This document shows, in pieces, positions 9,292 through 19,011 of a DNA stretch of 64,000 nt (within the stretch, counting starts at the first letter, position 1; each line of letters starts with the position of its first letter). Both the position numbers and the translations under genes were made by a program. Origin of the DNA: a virus. Location of the stretch: IMG/VR virus record IMGVR_UViG_3300025671_000038; one strand, 5' to 3'. Under the pieces are notes generated by a model. That model was not told the origin of the DNA, did no database searches, and was given only the letters and a program-made list of their open reading frames with translations.

Positions 9292-10314
9292 CTATATTCT
9301 TATACAATTTGCTACCCTCATTTCTATAGGGTTAGGATATCTCCCTAGATATGCATTCTCGTCCATTATTTGATGATATACCTCTCTTAAAGGCGAGGAC
9401 ATATTGGTCTTAGGGTGCTGTGTAAGACTTCCGGGAGATCTTCTTCTAAAAAACAGATAGCTGTTGATTGGGTCTGGACCTATCTTTAAGCTATTAGCCC
9501 TCTGCTGAAATTCTGAGTCCGCAGAGGTTCTCCAAGGAAAAAATCCATTCATTTTCATAAATTGATTTCTCGTTATAGCAAAAACCCCATGTGTCAGAAA
9601 TCCATTTTCCATCTTTGAGGTGTCCCCAATATCCTCTCCATCATTGAACCATTTAAATTTCCAATTGACCATCTTTGATGTGTTCATCTCCTCCATAACA
9701 GTGCTTACCATTCTGCTGAATGGGATATCATCGGCATCGAAGAAAACCAGATAATCCCCGGTAGATTTCGAGGCCAGAGTGTTTCTAATTACATAGGGGC
9801 CTACGTTTTCATCAAAGAAATACGTCTTTATTATTGGCGGGTATACGTTTTTAGACATCTCCTTGGTGGTTTCCATGCAGTTGTCTATCCCTACCAAGAT
9901 CTCCATATCAAGGTGAGGATTTCCGACAGATTCGTGTATGAATGGCTCTAGACACTCAGCTATAAATTTATGAGCCTTGTAAGCAGGTATTATCACCGAG
10001 ACCTTTTTCTTGTGTCCCAATATGTCTTTTCCCGTGATATCTTCCACCTTCCTGGATTTCATATGCATTCTGTATCTAATCTGTCTCGAATTTACTGGGT
10101 CTGAAAGAACTATATCCGCAATTCCTGATTTTATCCCGGGTTCCCAGAGGAAGAGGTTTGTCTCACACCAAGTATTAGGCTTAAAAACAGCATTCCTATA
10201 TCCCTTCGCTGATGTAACCGGATCTTCTATATGGAGAATATAAGAATGTCTGGAAAAATTCTGCAGTCTTATGGATTTGTCAGATATGCTGATTTCTATC
10301 TGCTTGTTTCCCAT
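9292..10314 (-). CDS. GT2-family glycosyltransferase with N-terminal extension
   Basis: VSVIIPAY, RNTL, FFDADD (DxD), ADSEF. Confidence 0.85.
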   Translation of the reverse strand: MGNKQIEISISDKSIRLQNFSRHSYILHIEDPVTSAKGYRNAVFKPNTWCETNLFLWEPGIKSGIADIVLSDPVNSRQIRYRMHMKSRKVEDITGKDILGHKKKVSVIIPAYKAHKFIAECLEPFIHESVGNPHLDMEILVGIDNCMETTKEMSKNVYPPIIKTYFFDENVGPYVIRNTLASKSTGDYLVFFDADDIPFSRMVSTVMEEMNTSKMVNWKFKWFNDGEDIGDTSKMENGFLTHGVFAITRNQFMKMNGFFPWRTSADSEFQQRANSLKIGPDPINSYLFFRRRSPGSLTQHPKTNMSSPLREVYHQIMDENAYLGRYPNPIEMRVANCIRI

Positions 10315-10318
10315 CGTC

Positions 10319-10612
10319 TTATATTTCCTCTATCCTTTTTGTTTTATCACATATTAGGAGATCATAAGGCGGCTTTTCCCCCGTGCTGATCTCATGATAC
10401 TTGCATCCCCATTCATCCAGTTGCTTTATGGTAAGTTCCCGCCAATCTTTTTTGGTCACTGCTCCTCTAGCGGTCCAGTACTTTATATGGTTCCCCTGGT
10501 CATATAGGAGGTTTATTTTTTCGATATTTTCTTTAATTGGTATGGCGTCCGGATAATTTCTCTCACCCTCATAGGTGCATATCGTTTCGTCTATATCTAC
10601 ATATATTAGCAT
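10319..10612 (-). CDS. HAD-superfamily (capsular biosynthesis-type) phosphatase
   Basis: VDIDETI (DxDxT), WTAR, KP..D..I.DK. Confidence 0.8.
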   Translation of the reverse strand: MLIYVDIDETICTYEGERNYPDAIPIKENIEKINLLYDQGNHIKYWTARGAVTKKDWRELTIKQLDEWGCKYHEISTGEKPPYDLLICDKTKRIEEI

Positions 10613-10702
10613 GTATCGGTATTTATGGTTATAGATTGTATGACGATCCTGGTATTTAATTTCGATCTTAGAAACAATCGGATAAAATACATCTACTAAT
10701 CT

Positions 10703-11809
10703 ATGAAACGAGATAGACTTAAAATGAGTGATAAATTCTCGATAGTTACTTCTTTTTACGGAGAGCCGGTTAGATATGTCAACCGGCTATATAAAGCCAT
10801 ATGTGACCAATCTGTTGATTGGGAATGGGTTGTTACCGAAGATTTTTCTGATAATGAAAATACCAAGAAGGCCCTGATCGATTTGTCTTCACAAGATCCG
10901 AGGGTTAGATACGTAGAGCAAAGACATAAGAGGGAATTGTACGTAGATCCCTCCGTCTATTCTGACGGTGATTACATATTCCACATAGATGCGGATGACT
11001 TGGTTCATCCCAACTACCTTATACATTGCCTCTACTGGTTCAAGAGATTCCCCCACGTGGGGTGTATACTATCGGGGGGATATTTCTATATGGAGGAGGG
11101 ACAGAGATTCAGCAGATATGTCATACACACTGAGGATAACTTGGATTCCCTACAGTCATACGTCGGAAGAGTTTGGAGATCCGGTTATGAATTTCCCTGG
11201 AATTCTATATTCTCAAACCCACAGGATATAATCAGGATGAACGACATGTTCATAGTTAGGAGCATGGAATGCAGCAGTGATATACTATGTCTACCGCGCC
11301 ACTATATTAAATACCTGATTAGGGAAAACTCTAATTCCACTAAATCCAGAACTCCGGAGGAAATAAAAAAGATAGACAGATGCCACAGGGAATTCGAAAA
11401 CTGGTATTCTTTAAATTCGAGAGAATCCTCCAGGGACCCATTCTTCTACGATACTGAGGAATATCTTCTCGGATTTCTTGGGATAGAATGGGAAGATATC
11501 GGATCCCATATACAGTATCTGGGTAAAAAGCCCAAACCACACCAGAGAAGAAAGCTACGGGAATTATATAGGGAATACTACATATCGTTTGGAAATCTGC
11601 CGGAGGGGGTAGAAACCCCGGACATCCAAATAATAGATTGCACTCATGGGTTTTCCGGGCACACGGTTAACGGGGAAAAGAATATTATAGTCTGTAAGAT
11701 CGGAGATAATGATTCTTACTTACATTATAGTAACAAGCTGAAGGAACAGGGAAAAATACACAGATGGATAGAACTCTGGGATTACCGGTGGATACTCTCC
11801 ATCACATAG
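10703..11809 (+). CDS. GT2-like glycosyltransferase
   Basis: FSIVTSFY, WVVTEDFS, FHIDADD. Confidence 0.78.
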   Translation: MKRDRLKMSDKFSIVTSFYGEPVRYVNRLYKAICDQSVDWEWVVTEDFSDNENTKKALIDLSSQDPRVRYVEQRHKRELYVDPSVYSDGDYIFHIDADDLVHPNYLIHCLYWFKRFPHVGCILSGGYFYMEEGQRFSRYVIHTEDNLDSLQSYVGRVWRSGYEFPWNSIFSNPQDIIRMNDMFIVRSMECSSDILCLPRHYIKYLIRENSNSTKSRTPEEIKKIDRCHREFENWYSLNSRESSRDPFFYDTEEYLLGFLGIEWEDIGSHIQYLGKKPKPHQRRKLRELYREYYISFGNLPEGVETPDIQIIDCTHGFSGHTVNGEKNIIVCKIGDNDSYLHYSNKLKEQGKIHRWIELWDYRWILSIT

Positions 11810-12224
11810 TGTTATGTCTGGAATTGAATCCCCCATATTTACGGTAAGCCTTGTCAACCTCACCTATTTCTAACCAAGAGTCTTCCCCATTTTCTGAGGT
11901 GTCCGAATACACACTCATCTCTCCACCGAAGAGAAGTCCAAGCGCTTCCGCATCGTCGTCCATTCCGAGCCTTTCTAACTCATACAGAGTTTCGTACCAA
12001 TCCATCTCCTCCCAATAAAGATCATGGAGATATTGCAGAAATTCCAACTCGTTTTTGACATCCCCCGTATAGGGGAATCCCCTTAATTTGGAGAAGTTTT
12101 CCGGATTAAGATTTACTGCTTCGGTGGCTTCCCATATCGTTCTTCTCTCAACTTTTCGTAATGTAAAATTCATAACAATCTTTTCATTTGTTACGCTACC
12201 AATTATTCCATTTTCTTGCAGCAC
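11802..12224 (-). CDS. hypothetical acidic protein
   Basis: Open frame; true start probably internal. Confidence 0.5.
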   Translation of the reverse strand: MLQENGIIGSVTNEKIVMNFTLRKVERRTIWEATEAVNLNPENFSKLRGFPYTGDVKNELEFLQYLHDLYWEEMDWYETLYELERLGMDDDAEALGLLFGGEMSVYSDTSENGEDSWLEIGEVDKAYRKYGGFNSRHNTM

Positions 12225-13345
12225 TGTTTTATACCAAAGAATGAGTGTAGTGACAAGAAATCATTAAGGATGTTATAATTCTCATGAAGGTAATCGGTAT
12301 CGTTATATGACACGCTTGTTTGTACCTCTACATATGAATTGGGATCTGGACCTACAATACCTATATTCGGACTAACCTTCCATTGTCTGGGTGGGAGGGA
12401 AATTGAATCGTGATGTAGAACTATTCCCTGTCCACCATTACCTGGTGGGTTAGAGTATAAAGTGATTCTTGAGGTAAATTTCATTTCCTTATTTCTATCC
12501 AGGTTTACCGCAACGTGGGACATTTCAAAGGATCCGTCAGAGTTGGATAAAAAGTATGGGCAATTTATGGATAAGGTATTAATTATGTGGGATTTTTCAT
12601 CCTGTGATATCTTATCATCATCTAGACTTAGAGAGAATGTGGGCCTTTCCCATTTCCCCAGCTCGTTTAAAAATTCGGACGAAAGACTATGAACATTGGG
12701 ATATTTATAGGATAGATCCTCCACAAATTCTTCCACCTTGAAATTAGGTAAATGGAGTCCGGATTCCAGAAGTCTAGAGATGTCCTGACCTACCTTTCTG
12801 CTTACGACAAAAAAGTCCGGAACAATATCCCTGTCTACGTTCCTAAATACAATCATATCCCTGGATTCTAGCTCAGCTTTGCTCAGTATCTCTCCGATTC
12901 TATCTGGGAAGTTTTCGGAGGGGACCAATCCAGTGGATATAAAAGCAATATGGGAGTAGCCTTCGTCGGTTAAATCAATGCCTGCTTTTATCCTCTTTAA
13001 TATTCCATGTATCCACGGATAGCTATGAGATCTGTCCGAAAAAAAGAAATCCCCCAATTGTATGGTCGTTGAATACCTGGATGGTCTCGTAGATCTAAGA
13101 AAATTGTTATAGGTGTTGGATTCTTGTGTATCTATTTTTTCAGGATTTGACCTGACATGGTTGTCTAATAAGGAGTGGTTTATCCTGTCGATAAAACTCA
13201 GATCCTGTGTGATTTCCTCAAGGAGGGAGAATGTATATTCTTCCGATTCGCTTGCCAGATATGATAGGTAATTAACTTCTACTGGATCTATCGCTGTCTT
13301 GGGCCAGTTCCAGAGACAAATCATTTTCTTCATATCGCTTTCCAT
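12203..13345 (-). CDS. hypothetical protein, possibly a GT-A-like glyco-enzyme
   Basis: 380 aa; architecture resembles neighbouring glyco-proteins, no decisive motif. Confidence 0.4.
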   Translation of the reverse strand: MESDMKKMICLWNWPKTAIDPVEVNYLSYLASESEEYTFSLLEEITQDLSFIDRINHSLLDNHVRSNPEKIDTQESNTYNNFLRSTRPSRYSTTIQLGDFFFSDRSHSYPWIHGILKRIKAGIDLTDEGYSHIAFISTGLVPSENFPDRIGEILSKAELESRDMIVFRNVDRDIVPDFFVVSRKVGQDISRLLESGLHLPNFKVEEFVEDLSYKYPNVHSLSSEFLNELGKWERPTFSLSLDDDKISQDEKSHIINTLSINCPYFLSNSDGSFEMSHVAVNLDRNKEMKFTSRITLYSNPPGNGGQGIVLHHDSISLPPRQWKVSPNIGIVGPDPNSYVEVQTSVSYNDTDYLHENYNILNDFLSLHSFFGIKQCCKKME

Positions 13346-13563
13346 TTCTTTAACAGAGAATTTAGCTTATCTTCCGATACACCAACCAAAAATCCCTCAT
13401 TTACTATTATTCCCTCTCCATCTTTCTCTATATCTTCCTCCCTCCTGCTATACACTTGGAAAAAATATCCCGGCTTAAATCCCGGAACATGGTCCCATCC
13501 ATATGCGATATCCACGATCTCTCCGTTTTGTGGATTTATCCCTTGCGTTTGTAACCTACTCAT
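13330..13563 (-). CDS. hypothetical protein
   Basis: 77 aa, coupled to its neighbours. Confidence 0.5.
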   Translation of the reverse strand: MSRLQTQGINPQNGEIVDIAYGWDHVPGFKPGYFFQVYSRREEDIEKDGEGIIVNEGFLVGVSEDKLNSLLKKWKAI

Positions 13564-14141
13564 TCAAATATCTTTTTCAACTCTTCTTCTTTTATTACTG
13601 ATTTTAAAGCAGATACGTATTTTGGTGATTCTGCATAACTCCCGGAGAGGTATTGAAAATATTCCTCCTCCGTTTTTATTTTTCCCAGGTATCTGCACTG
13701 ATAAAAAGCATAGTCGTAAAGGGATTCTTTCCAATCCCTATAATATGCATGGTTCAGATTAGTACCCTCCGCGGTATTTACCCTTATTCTCGCCTCTTTC
13801 ATGCCAAATAGATTGTGGTTGTGCATAAATATCTCACTTGTCCAATGTCCAGTTTCTATTATGGATTGAGCCATGACTATATGAGGGAATTTTATATTCA
13901 GCCTTTTAATTTCTTCTATAAGTTTATCCCTTGAGAAATCCTGGTCCATAGAATTCGGTCTTTCTCCATGTAATACTATTATTTCACCCTCAAGCTCCCG
14001 AATAATCTCGGGACTTGTATATCTCCCTAGAAAAAAGAAGCAGGATACTCCTAATAGAAAGAGGGGAGCAAAAATTACCCACTTGCTTTTCTGTTTAACC
14101 TCTTCGTAGATCAGTCTTTTTTCATCGTATCTGTAGAGCAT
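13560..14141 (-). CDS. GH73 glucosaminidase-domain peptidoglycan hydrolase with N-terminal TM anchor
   Basis: AQSIIETG (catalytic Glu), HNLFGMK, YAESPKY. Confidence 0.82.
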   Translation of the reverse strand: MLYRYDEKRLIYEEVKQKSKWVIFAPLFLLGVSCFFFLGRYTSPEIIRELEGEIIVLHGERPNSMDQDFSRDKLIEEIKRLNIKFPHIVMAQSIIETGHWTSEIFMHNHNLFGMKEARIRVNTAEGTNLNHAYYRDWKESLYDYAFYQCRYLGKIKTEEEYFQYLSGSYAESPKYVSALKSVIKEEELKKIFE

Positions 14142-14240
14142 AATTCTGAATGATGTGTAAGATTACCCAAAATACTCGTGGAGAAAAAATTATTTCCCGT
14201 TTTTCTTACCTCCGGTGATAAGTATATAAGTCTAAACCGA

Positions 14241-15155
14241 TTAAGTTTCGGAGGAATTCTTTTGCAAAACCCTGAATGACCTTACCAGCATCGAGGATTC
14301 GTCCGGATTTTCTGGATAATCTCCATGTAATCCGTGATTGAGTATTACGAAATGATTACCCCCCTCATTGAACCACTTTAGAATGTTCTTTTCCGTACAA
14401 ATGAAAACAGGTGATCCATCGTAATAGATTTTGATAAAATCCTCCTCCCAATGACAAACATATTGGACAAACCGGTCAGTCAAATTAGCCACCTGGTTAT
14501 TGTAAGATCCGTAGTCATCCTTAGTTCCTTCCTCAACTGAGCCGTAGTGTAGATTAGGTCTTAGGTTTCTATTGGGAAGGTTCAGAAATCCTCCTCCATA
14601 CAGAGGGCTTTTATCTGAGTAAGCCTCGAATATATCTATTTCTGGAGGCCAAGAATCCACCCCGCAAGTCCAAAAAGCAGGCCAGTAGTGTTGTCCCCTA
14701 GGTATTTTTACCCAAGCTTCGAACCACCCATATTTCCAGGATCTCCTGGATGAGATGTGACCTACTCCAACATCTATGGTAAACCTTTCGGGTAAGTGAG
14801 GTGCTTGCTGCCACTCTTCGAGTTCTGCTTTTACGAATTCCTTCGGAGATTTTCTAAGCAGTAGATTTAATCCGTCTTCGTTTACATAAGAAAGATCCCC
14901 ATTGGTGTCATAGTACTGGTGTAGTGAATTTGGATGAAAAGTTCCCCAGGGCATTGCATACCTCCACTCGGATTCGTTCAGATCCGTGTCGAATTTATCT
15001 TCGAATGCTGTGGAATAATTCTCCGGCGGAGTTAATGCTCTTTTCTCTCCCTCCCTGTAGTTGAGATATCTGAATAAACTTTTGAATTGGTAAGAGAAAA
15101 TCTGAAGAGCATCCGATAGTTTTTTCTCAAAAAGAAAAGCAAGATTAAATTCCAT
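14241..15155 (-). CDS. GH16 family glycoside hydrolase (beta-glucanase-like)
   Basis: YGWFEAWVK, WPAFW, EIDIFE catalytic ExDxxE. Confidence 0.88.
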   Translation of the reverse strand: MEFNLAFLFEKKLSDALQIFSYQFKSLFRYLNYREGEKRALTPPENYSTAFEDKFDTDLNESEWRYAMPWGTFHPNSLHQYYDTNGDLSYVNEDGLNLLLRKSPKEFVKAELEEWQQAPHLPERFTIDVGVGHISSRRSWKYGWFEAWVKIPRGQHYWPAFWTCGVDSWPPEIDIFEAYSDKSPLYGGGFLNLPNRNLRPNLHYGSVEEGTKDDYGSYNNQVANLTDRFVQYVCHWEEDFIKIYYDGSPVFICTEKNILKWFNEGGNHFVILNHGLHGDYPENPDESSMLVRSFRVLQKNSSET

Positions 15156-15157
15156 AT

Positions 15158-15397
15158 CTAGAATGAGCTTGGGCCGGAGGGTCCGGAAGAATTTACAAAA
15201 TACCCGCTTGAGTATTTGCTCTCTTCCAATATTCCCCTTGAGGTTAATTTTTGTAGCATATCCAGAGTTTTATCCTCTGGTTCTTTTAAAATATACCTGG
15301 CTATATAAGAGTAGTGTATGGGTCTTCTGAGCTTACTGAAAAAAAGCTCGGCATTTCCCGGTATTATGTTGCCGATGGGATTCATAGAGCTAGACAT
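15158..15397 (-). CDS. hypothetical protein (winged-helix-like)
   Basis: 79 aa; helical pattern then GILEES..GYF. Confidence 0.4.
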   Translation of the reverse strand: MSSSMNPIGNIIPGNAELFFSKLRRPIHYSYIARYILKEPEDKTLDMLQKLTSRGILEESKYSSGYFVNSSGPSGPSSF

Positions 15398-15415
15398 GGG
15401 TTCTTGTTTTTTTGA

Positions 15416-15598
15416 TTATTGATTTTCGATTCTTACCGCATTAAGAGAATCCAATAGTTGACCTACGTTTTTGATTGAGTCAATTTCAAAGGGTAAATCC
15501 GTTGCATCAGTACAGCATGGATGAATGACAATTGGATCCTCGTGGGAATTGCAGGCAATTAAACCTAGTACTGCGGTGGTAATGAATAGATTTTTCAT
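15416..15598 (-). CDS. putative lipoprotein
   Basis: MKNLFITTAVLGLIAC signal peptide with lipobox Cys. Confidence 0.55.
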   Translation of the reverse strand: MKNLFITTAVLGLIACNSHEDPIVIHPCCTDATDLPFEIDSIKNVGQLLDSLNAVRIENQ

Positions 15599-15630
15599 CG
15601 TTTTATTTTATATATTCTCTTTCGGAGTTT

Positions 15631-16344
15631 TCATATTCTGTCCTCAATTCTTACCTCGTTCCCCATGTGCTCGAATAGCAACCTCTTATAAAACATCTGC
15701 TTGGGCGAAATCTGGGAATCAGCAAAATCGTGTTCGAAAGATTGGATGTTTTTGAATTGACCATTCCTAAAAACTGAAGATCTTGTAACGGAGGGGTTGT
15801 TTGTGTAATTGTTCATTCTTACTTCAGAGAAAGAGTAGCTGTTTTCTCCTACAACTCCTGAGATGTGTCTAAATTCATTGGGCCATGGATTTTCCCAATA
15901 TTGACTATCATTGTCGTGTTTTTTCTGTAGATGCTCTTCTTGAATCCAGATGGGATCACATAAAGACACCTGGGTGACTGACTTCTCTTGTTCCATGTAT
16001 TGAATTATATTCTCTATCGGCACTTCCTCCCTACATTTCCAATCATCTTCCAGAACGAATACATAGGTTCCTTCTTCAGAAAGCTTCCCTATGCAATTAA
16101 ATTTATCAACCCACATAAAGGGCAATCCGTTATCGAATGTTATTAAACTCACTACCTCTCCGAAATGTGATTTAGTAACTTCCGCCATTTCTATCCTATC
16201 TGCCCAACTCGATCTATCATCAAGTATCCAAACCTTCTGAAACATGGAAGTGGAGGATGGATTCATTTCGACGAAACTCGATATGGTATCTCTAAAAAGG
16301 TTTATTCTTCTCCCGGTTAATATAAAAAGATCTATCCTTGGCAT
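15631..16344 (-). CDS. GT-A fold glycosyltransferase
   Basis: ILDDRS, FVLEDDW, YTNNPS, FEH.G. Confidence 0.72.
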   Translation of the reverse strand: MPRIDLFILTGRRINLFRDTISSFVEMNPSSTSMFQKVWILDDRSSWADRIEMAEVTKSHFGEVVSLITFDNGLPFMWVDKFNCIGKLSEEGTYVFVLEDDWKCREEVPIENIIQYMEQEKSVTQVSLCDPIWIQEEHLQKKHDNDSQYWENPWPNEFRHISGVVGENSYSFSEVRMNNYTNNPSVTRSSVFRNGQFKNIQSFEHDFADSQISPKQMFYKRLLFEHMGNEVRIEDRI

Positions 16345-16427
16345 CTTCGAATTAATTCTTTCTTTTTAGAGAAATAGGACATGTTTTGTTTCGGATTTCT
16401 CTATTGTCCAGAAGCATTGTTTCGCAA

Positions 16428-16452
16428 AGAACCCCGGGGATACCGGGGTTCT
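16428..16452 (-). terminator. GC-rich hairpin, probable intrinsic terminator
   Basis: Perfect 10-bp stem AGAACCCCGG/CCGGGGTTCT, 5-nt loop, downstream of the Zn-ribbon gene. Confidence 0.65.
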
Positions 16453-16485
16453 AAGAGAGCGAGATTTACCTTTTACCTTATTTGC

Positions 16486-17295
16486 TTATTCTAAACTTTC
16501 CCCGCAGTTGGGGCAGAATTTCCAAGTCGATTTTCTGATTCTAGTTCCGCACCCAGAGCAGTAATTTCGGATCTCTGTTGTTTCCACTGGAAGTTGGCTC
16601 ACTGGAAGAATTTGGTACGTGCTTGTGTGTGATGCCCAAGCGTTGAATGTACCATAGCCATTCTCAAAAGTCTGATCCGATTCTTCCCCTTGTTGCACCC
16701 TTCCAGTTTCTAGACTTCCAGCATCAGCTGTTCTGGTTTCAGCATTATTCGAAAGTGTAAATGACGAACCATTAGTGGAGGTATTAAGGAATTTTAAGTT
16801 CGGTTCTCCAGACATGCTTGTGTTCATGGTGAAGGTTCGAGTACCGTCATATGTTGTCCATATAGGTGTGTAAGTTCCGGTTGCCCAAATAGTTGTTGTG
16901 GTAGTACCACCAAAACTTATTGGCTTGTACTCCTCAAAGAATTGGACCGACACCAGTCCATTATCTGCAATAGCATTCTTAGCCTCCTGAGTGTTTTCAA
17001 CCTCGTAGGTTTCATAAACTAGTTTCCGGTTGTCGTCTATAAACCTCTCCAGGAAAACCCGTTGACCCGGCTTCAAGATAATCCCTCGGGAGCTAATGTG
17101 CTTTCCGTTGATTAGGACCTTTGCAAGATAAACTGATTTTGTTGGGTTGTGTAGCTCAATTTCGAACTCCTGTCCATCTTCGAGATAGACCTTTTTGCCC
17201 TTGTAGATTTTTTGCCTATTTTTCTGGGTGGCAACCCATGCTTCTGGCTTGAAACTGCTGTTCAGCCTAAAGCTGTTTGTACTTGTTACTTTCAT
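16486..17295 (-). CDS. phage protein with C-terminal zinc ribbon
   Basis: CSGCG...FCPNCG; beta-rich N-terminal domain. Confidence 0.7.
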   Translation of the reverse strand: MKVTSTNSFRLNSSFKPEAWVATQKNRQKIYKGKKVYLEDGQEFEIELHNPTKSVYLAKVLINGKHISSRGIILKPGQRVFLERFIDDNRKLVYETYEVENTQEAKNAIADNGLVSVQFFEEYKPISFGGTTTTTIWATGTYTPIWTTYDGTRTFTMNTSMSGEPNLKFLNTSTNGSSFTLSNNAETRTADAGSLETGRVQQGEESDQTFENGYGTFNAWASHTSTYQILPVSQLPVETTEIRNYCSGCGTRIRKSTWKFCPNCGESLE

Positions 17296-17299
17296 GTTA

Positions 17300-17395
17300 C
17301 TTTACCTTTGTTTTTGTTAAAATCCATTTATAGCCGGTTAAGACTATTCTAAAGCCGCTTAGCGACTCTGGACATCAAACGGTAAAAGGTTCCGC
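17300..17395 (-). promoter_or_regulatory. candidate structured 5' leader RNA (three-way junction)
   Basis: Three complementary stems found by eye plus an alternative pairing near the start codon. Confidence 0.4.
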
Positions 17396-17434
17396 TCTCT
17401 GTATATAACTTTAGTACAAAAACTTAGTAAAGTT

Positions 17435-17812
17435 TCACTTTTTTGATTTGTGGTTAATCTCCAAATATTCCCAGAGGCTCTCATAAGAATAACAGATTGG
17501 ATTCCCATTTTCGTCGTGGGCACCGTGTCTAGCCTCCCCAGCCTCTTTAATTAGCTTCCCGTTTTCTGAATATAAAGGTGCTGTGCTCCAATCCTTTTGA
17601 CCATATTCATTTTCGTAAATGAACCAATTAACCCAATCTAAACCCTCTTCCCCGTACGAATCCTCTATGAATGATTCGAAAAGTCTCCCTACGTTTTCCA
17701 GTATTTTAAACTTACCCTCAATTAAATCAACGCCAATATCGTGAAGTTCTGATACATCTTCCGAGATCTTTTTGAAAGTCATGAGTGATTTTAGAAAATT
17801 GCTGTACTCCAT
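17435..17812 (-). CDS. hypothetical phage protein
   Basis: 125 aa; DWVNWFIYEN.YG and C...ESLWEYL patterns. Confidence 0.55.
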   Translation of the reverse strand: MEYSNFLKSLMTFKKISEDVSELHDIGVDLIEGKFKILENVGRLFESFIEDSYGEEGLDWVNWFIYENEYGQKDWSTAPLYSENGKLIKEAGEARHGAHDENGNPICYSYESLWEYLEINHKSKK

Positions 17813-17854
17813 CTCCTAGGTTTCTGTAGATATATAGTCTAATCGATTAGTTGT

Positions 17855-18520
17855 ATGATTCATCTCCAGAAATATTCCCACGGGTTCAGATTAAATGAAT
17901 CCACCGATAGAAAGAGGTTTGATAGGCCTGATCTTAATTATAAGCTGAATTCCATTGAGCCTTATATAGATAAGGAAACAATGGATGAGCATTACAATGT
18001 CCACTTTGCAGGTTACACGAAGAAATTAAACCAAGCAATTAAGGAAGAGAATATTGATATACAGATGGGGCCTGAAATGCAGGGAATTAAGCAGATACTT
18101 AGAAACGTAAGAAAGTATTCGGACAAGGTTAGAAATAACGGCGGTGGTTTTTACAACCACTACATCTATTTCGAGAATCTAAGTCCTGAAAAGAAGAGAC
18201 CTGCGGGTAGGATAAGACAAGCGATCATAGATAACTTTGGTTCATATGCTTCCTTTAAGAAGAAATTCTCTGAGGAAGGACTTGGAAGGTTTGGTTCTGG
18301 ATGGGTTTGGCTTGTGCAGAATGGGAATAGACTGGATATTCTAAGTACACCCAACCAAGATAATCCGCTGATGGAAAGATCATTTAGGGGTGAGATTTTA
18401 TTGGGAATGGATGTTTGGGAGCATGCCTATTATCTTAAACACAAGGCAGACCGTAAATCATACATCACGGATTTCCTTGATGCTATTGATTGGGATGTTG
18501 TCGAATCCAGAATGAAATGA
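17855..18520 (+). CDS. sodA: Mn/Fe superoxide dismutase (Mn-type signature) with N-terminal extension
   Basis: HYNVH, NNGGGFYNH, FGSGWVWL, NQDNP, DVWEHAYY. Confidence 0.95.
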   Translation: MIHLQKYSHGFRLNESTDRKRFDRPDLNYKLNSIEPYIDKETMDEHYNVHFAGYTKKLNQAIKEENIDIQMGPEMQGIKQILRNVRKYSDKVRNNGGGFYNHYIYFENLSPEKKRPAGRIRQAIIDNFGSYASFKKKFSEEGLGRFGSGWVWLVQNGNRLDILSTPNQDNPLMERSFRGEILLGMDVWEHAYYLKHKADRKSYITDFLDAIDWDVVESRMK

Positions 18521-18536
18521 CAAAAGATAATTCAGA

Positions 18537-19007
18537 ATGAAAAAGTATATCAAGCACCTCAAGGAATATGAGGATTCAGAATTACTAGATCTCATGGGGG
18601 ATCTGGGGGATATAGGATTTGAAACCTACCAGGGATGGATATTCTCCTGGGATAGCTCCACAGAAAAACCCCTCGTCGAGATAATGATAGCTCCTAGCCC
18701 TAGACAAGCGTTCGAGCTGTATAAAGCTAATGGCTGGTTTGGACCTGATATAGACTATGCATCCAAAAAAAGAAGCTTCGAGGATCTGGATCAAGTTTTC
18801 AAATATCTAGCAGATAACAAGATCATAAACTCCTACAACTTGGTATGGGGATTAAATGCAGTGAAGGAAATAAAAGAACCTGAGTTTATTAATATGCATA
18901 GCATAAATCCTTACTCCCTAGTTAATCTAATCAATTCCAAATTTACTAATGGAGAGGAAAAATACAACTCACTTCTACCGTCGAGGCCGATTCAACTAGT
19001 GCCTTAG
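18537..19007 (+). CDS. hypothetical protein with capsid-targeting-like leader
   Basis: MKKYIKHLKEYE; N-region similar to the 22270 protein. Confidence 0.55.
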   Translation: MKKYIKHLKEYEDSELLDLMGDLGDIGFETYQGWIFSWDSSTEKPLVEIMIAPSPRQAFELYKANGWFGPDIDYASKKRSFEDLDQVFKYLADNKIINSYNLVWGLNAVKEIKEPEFINMHSINPYSLVNLINSKFTNGEEKYNSLLPSRPIQLVP

Positions 19008-19011
19008 TAAA

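Noticed and set aside
17324-17382. Hammerhead ribozyme
   Set aside because: Three-way junction lacks the CUGANGA and GAAA core.
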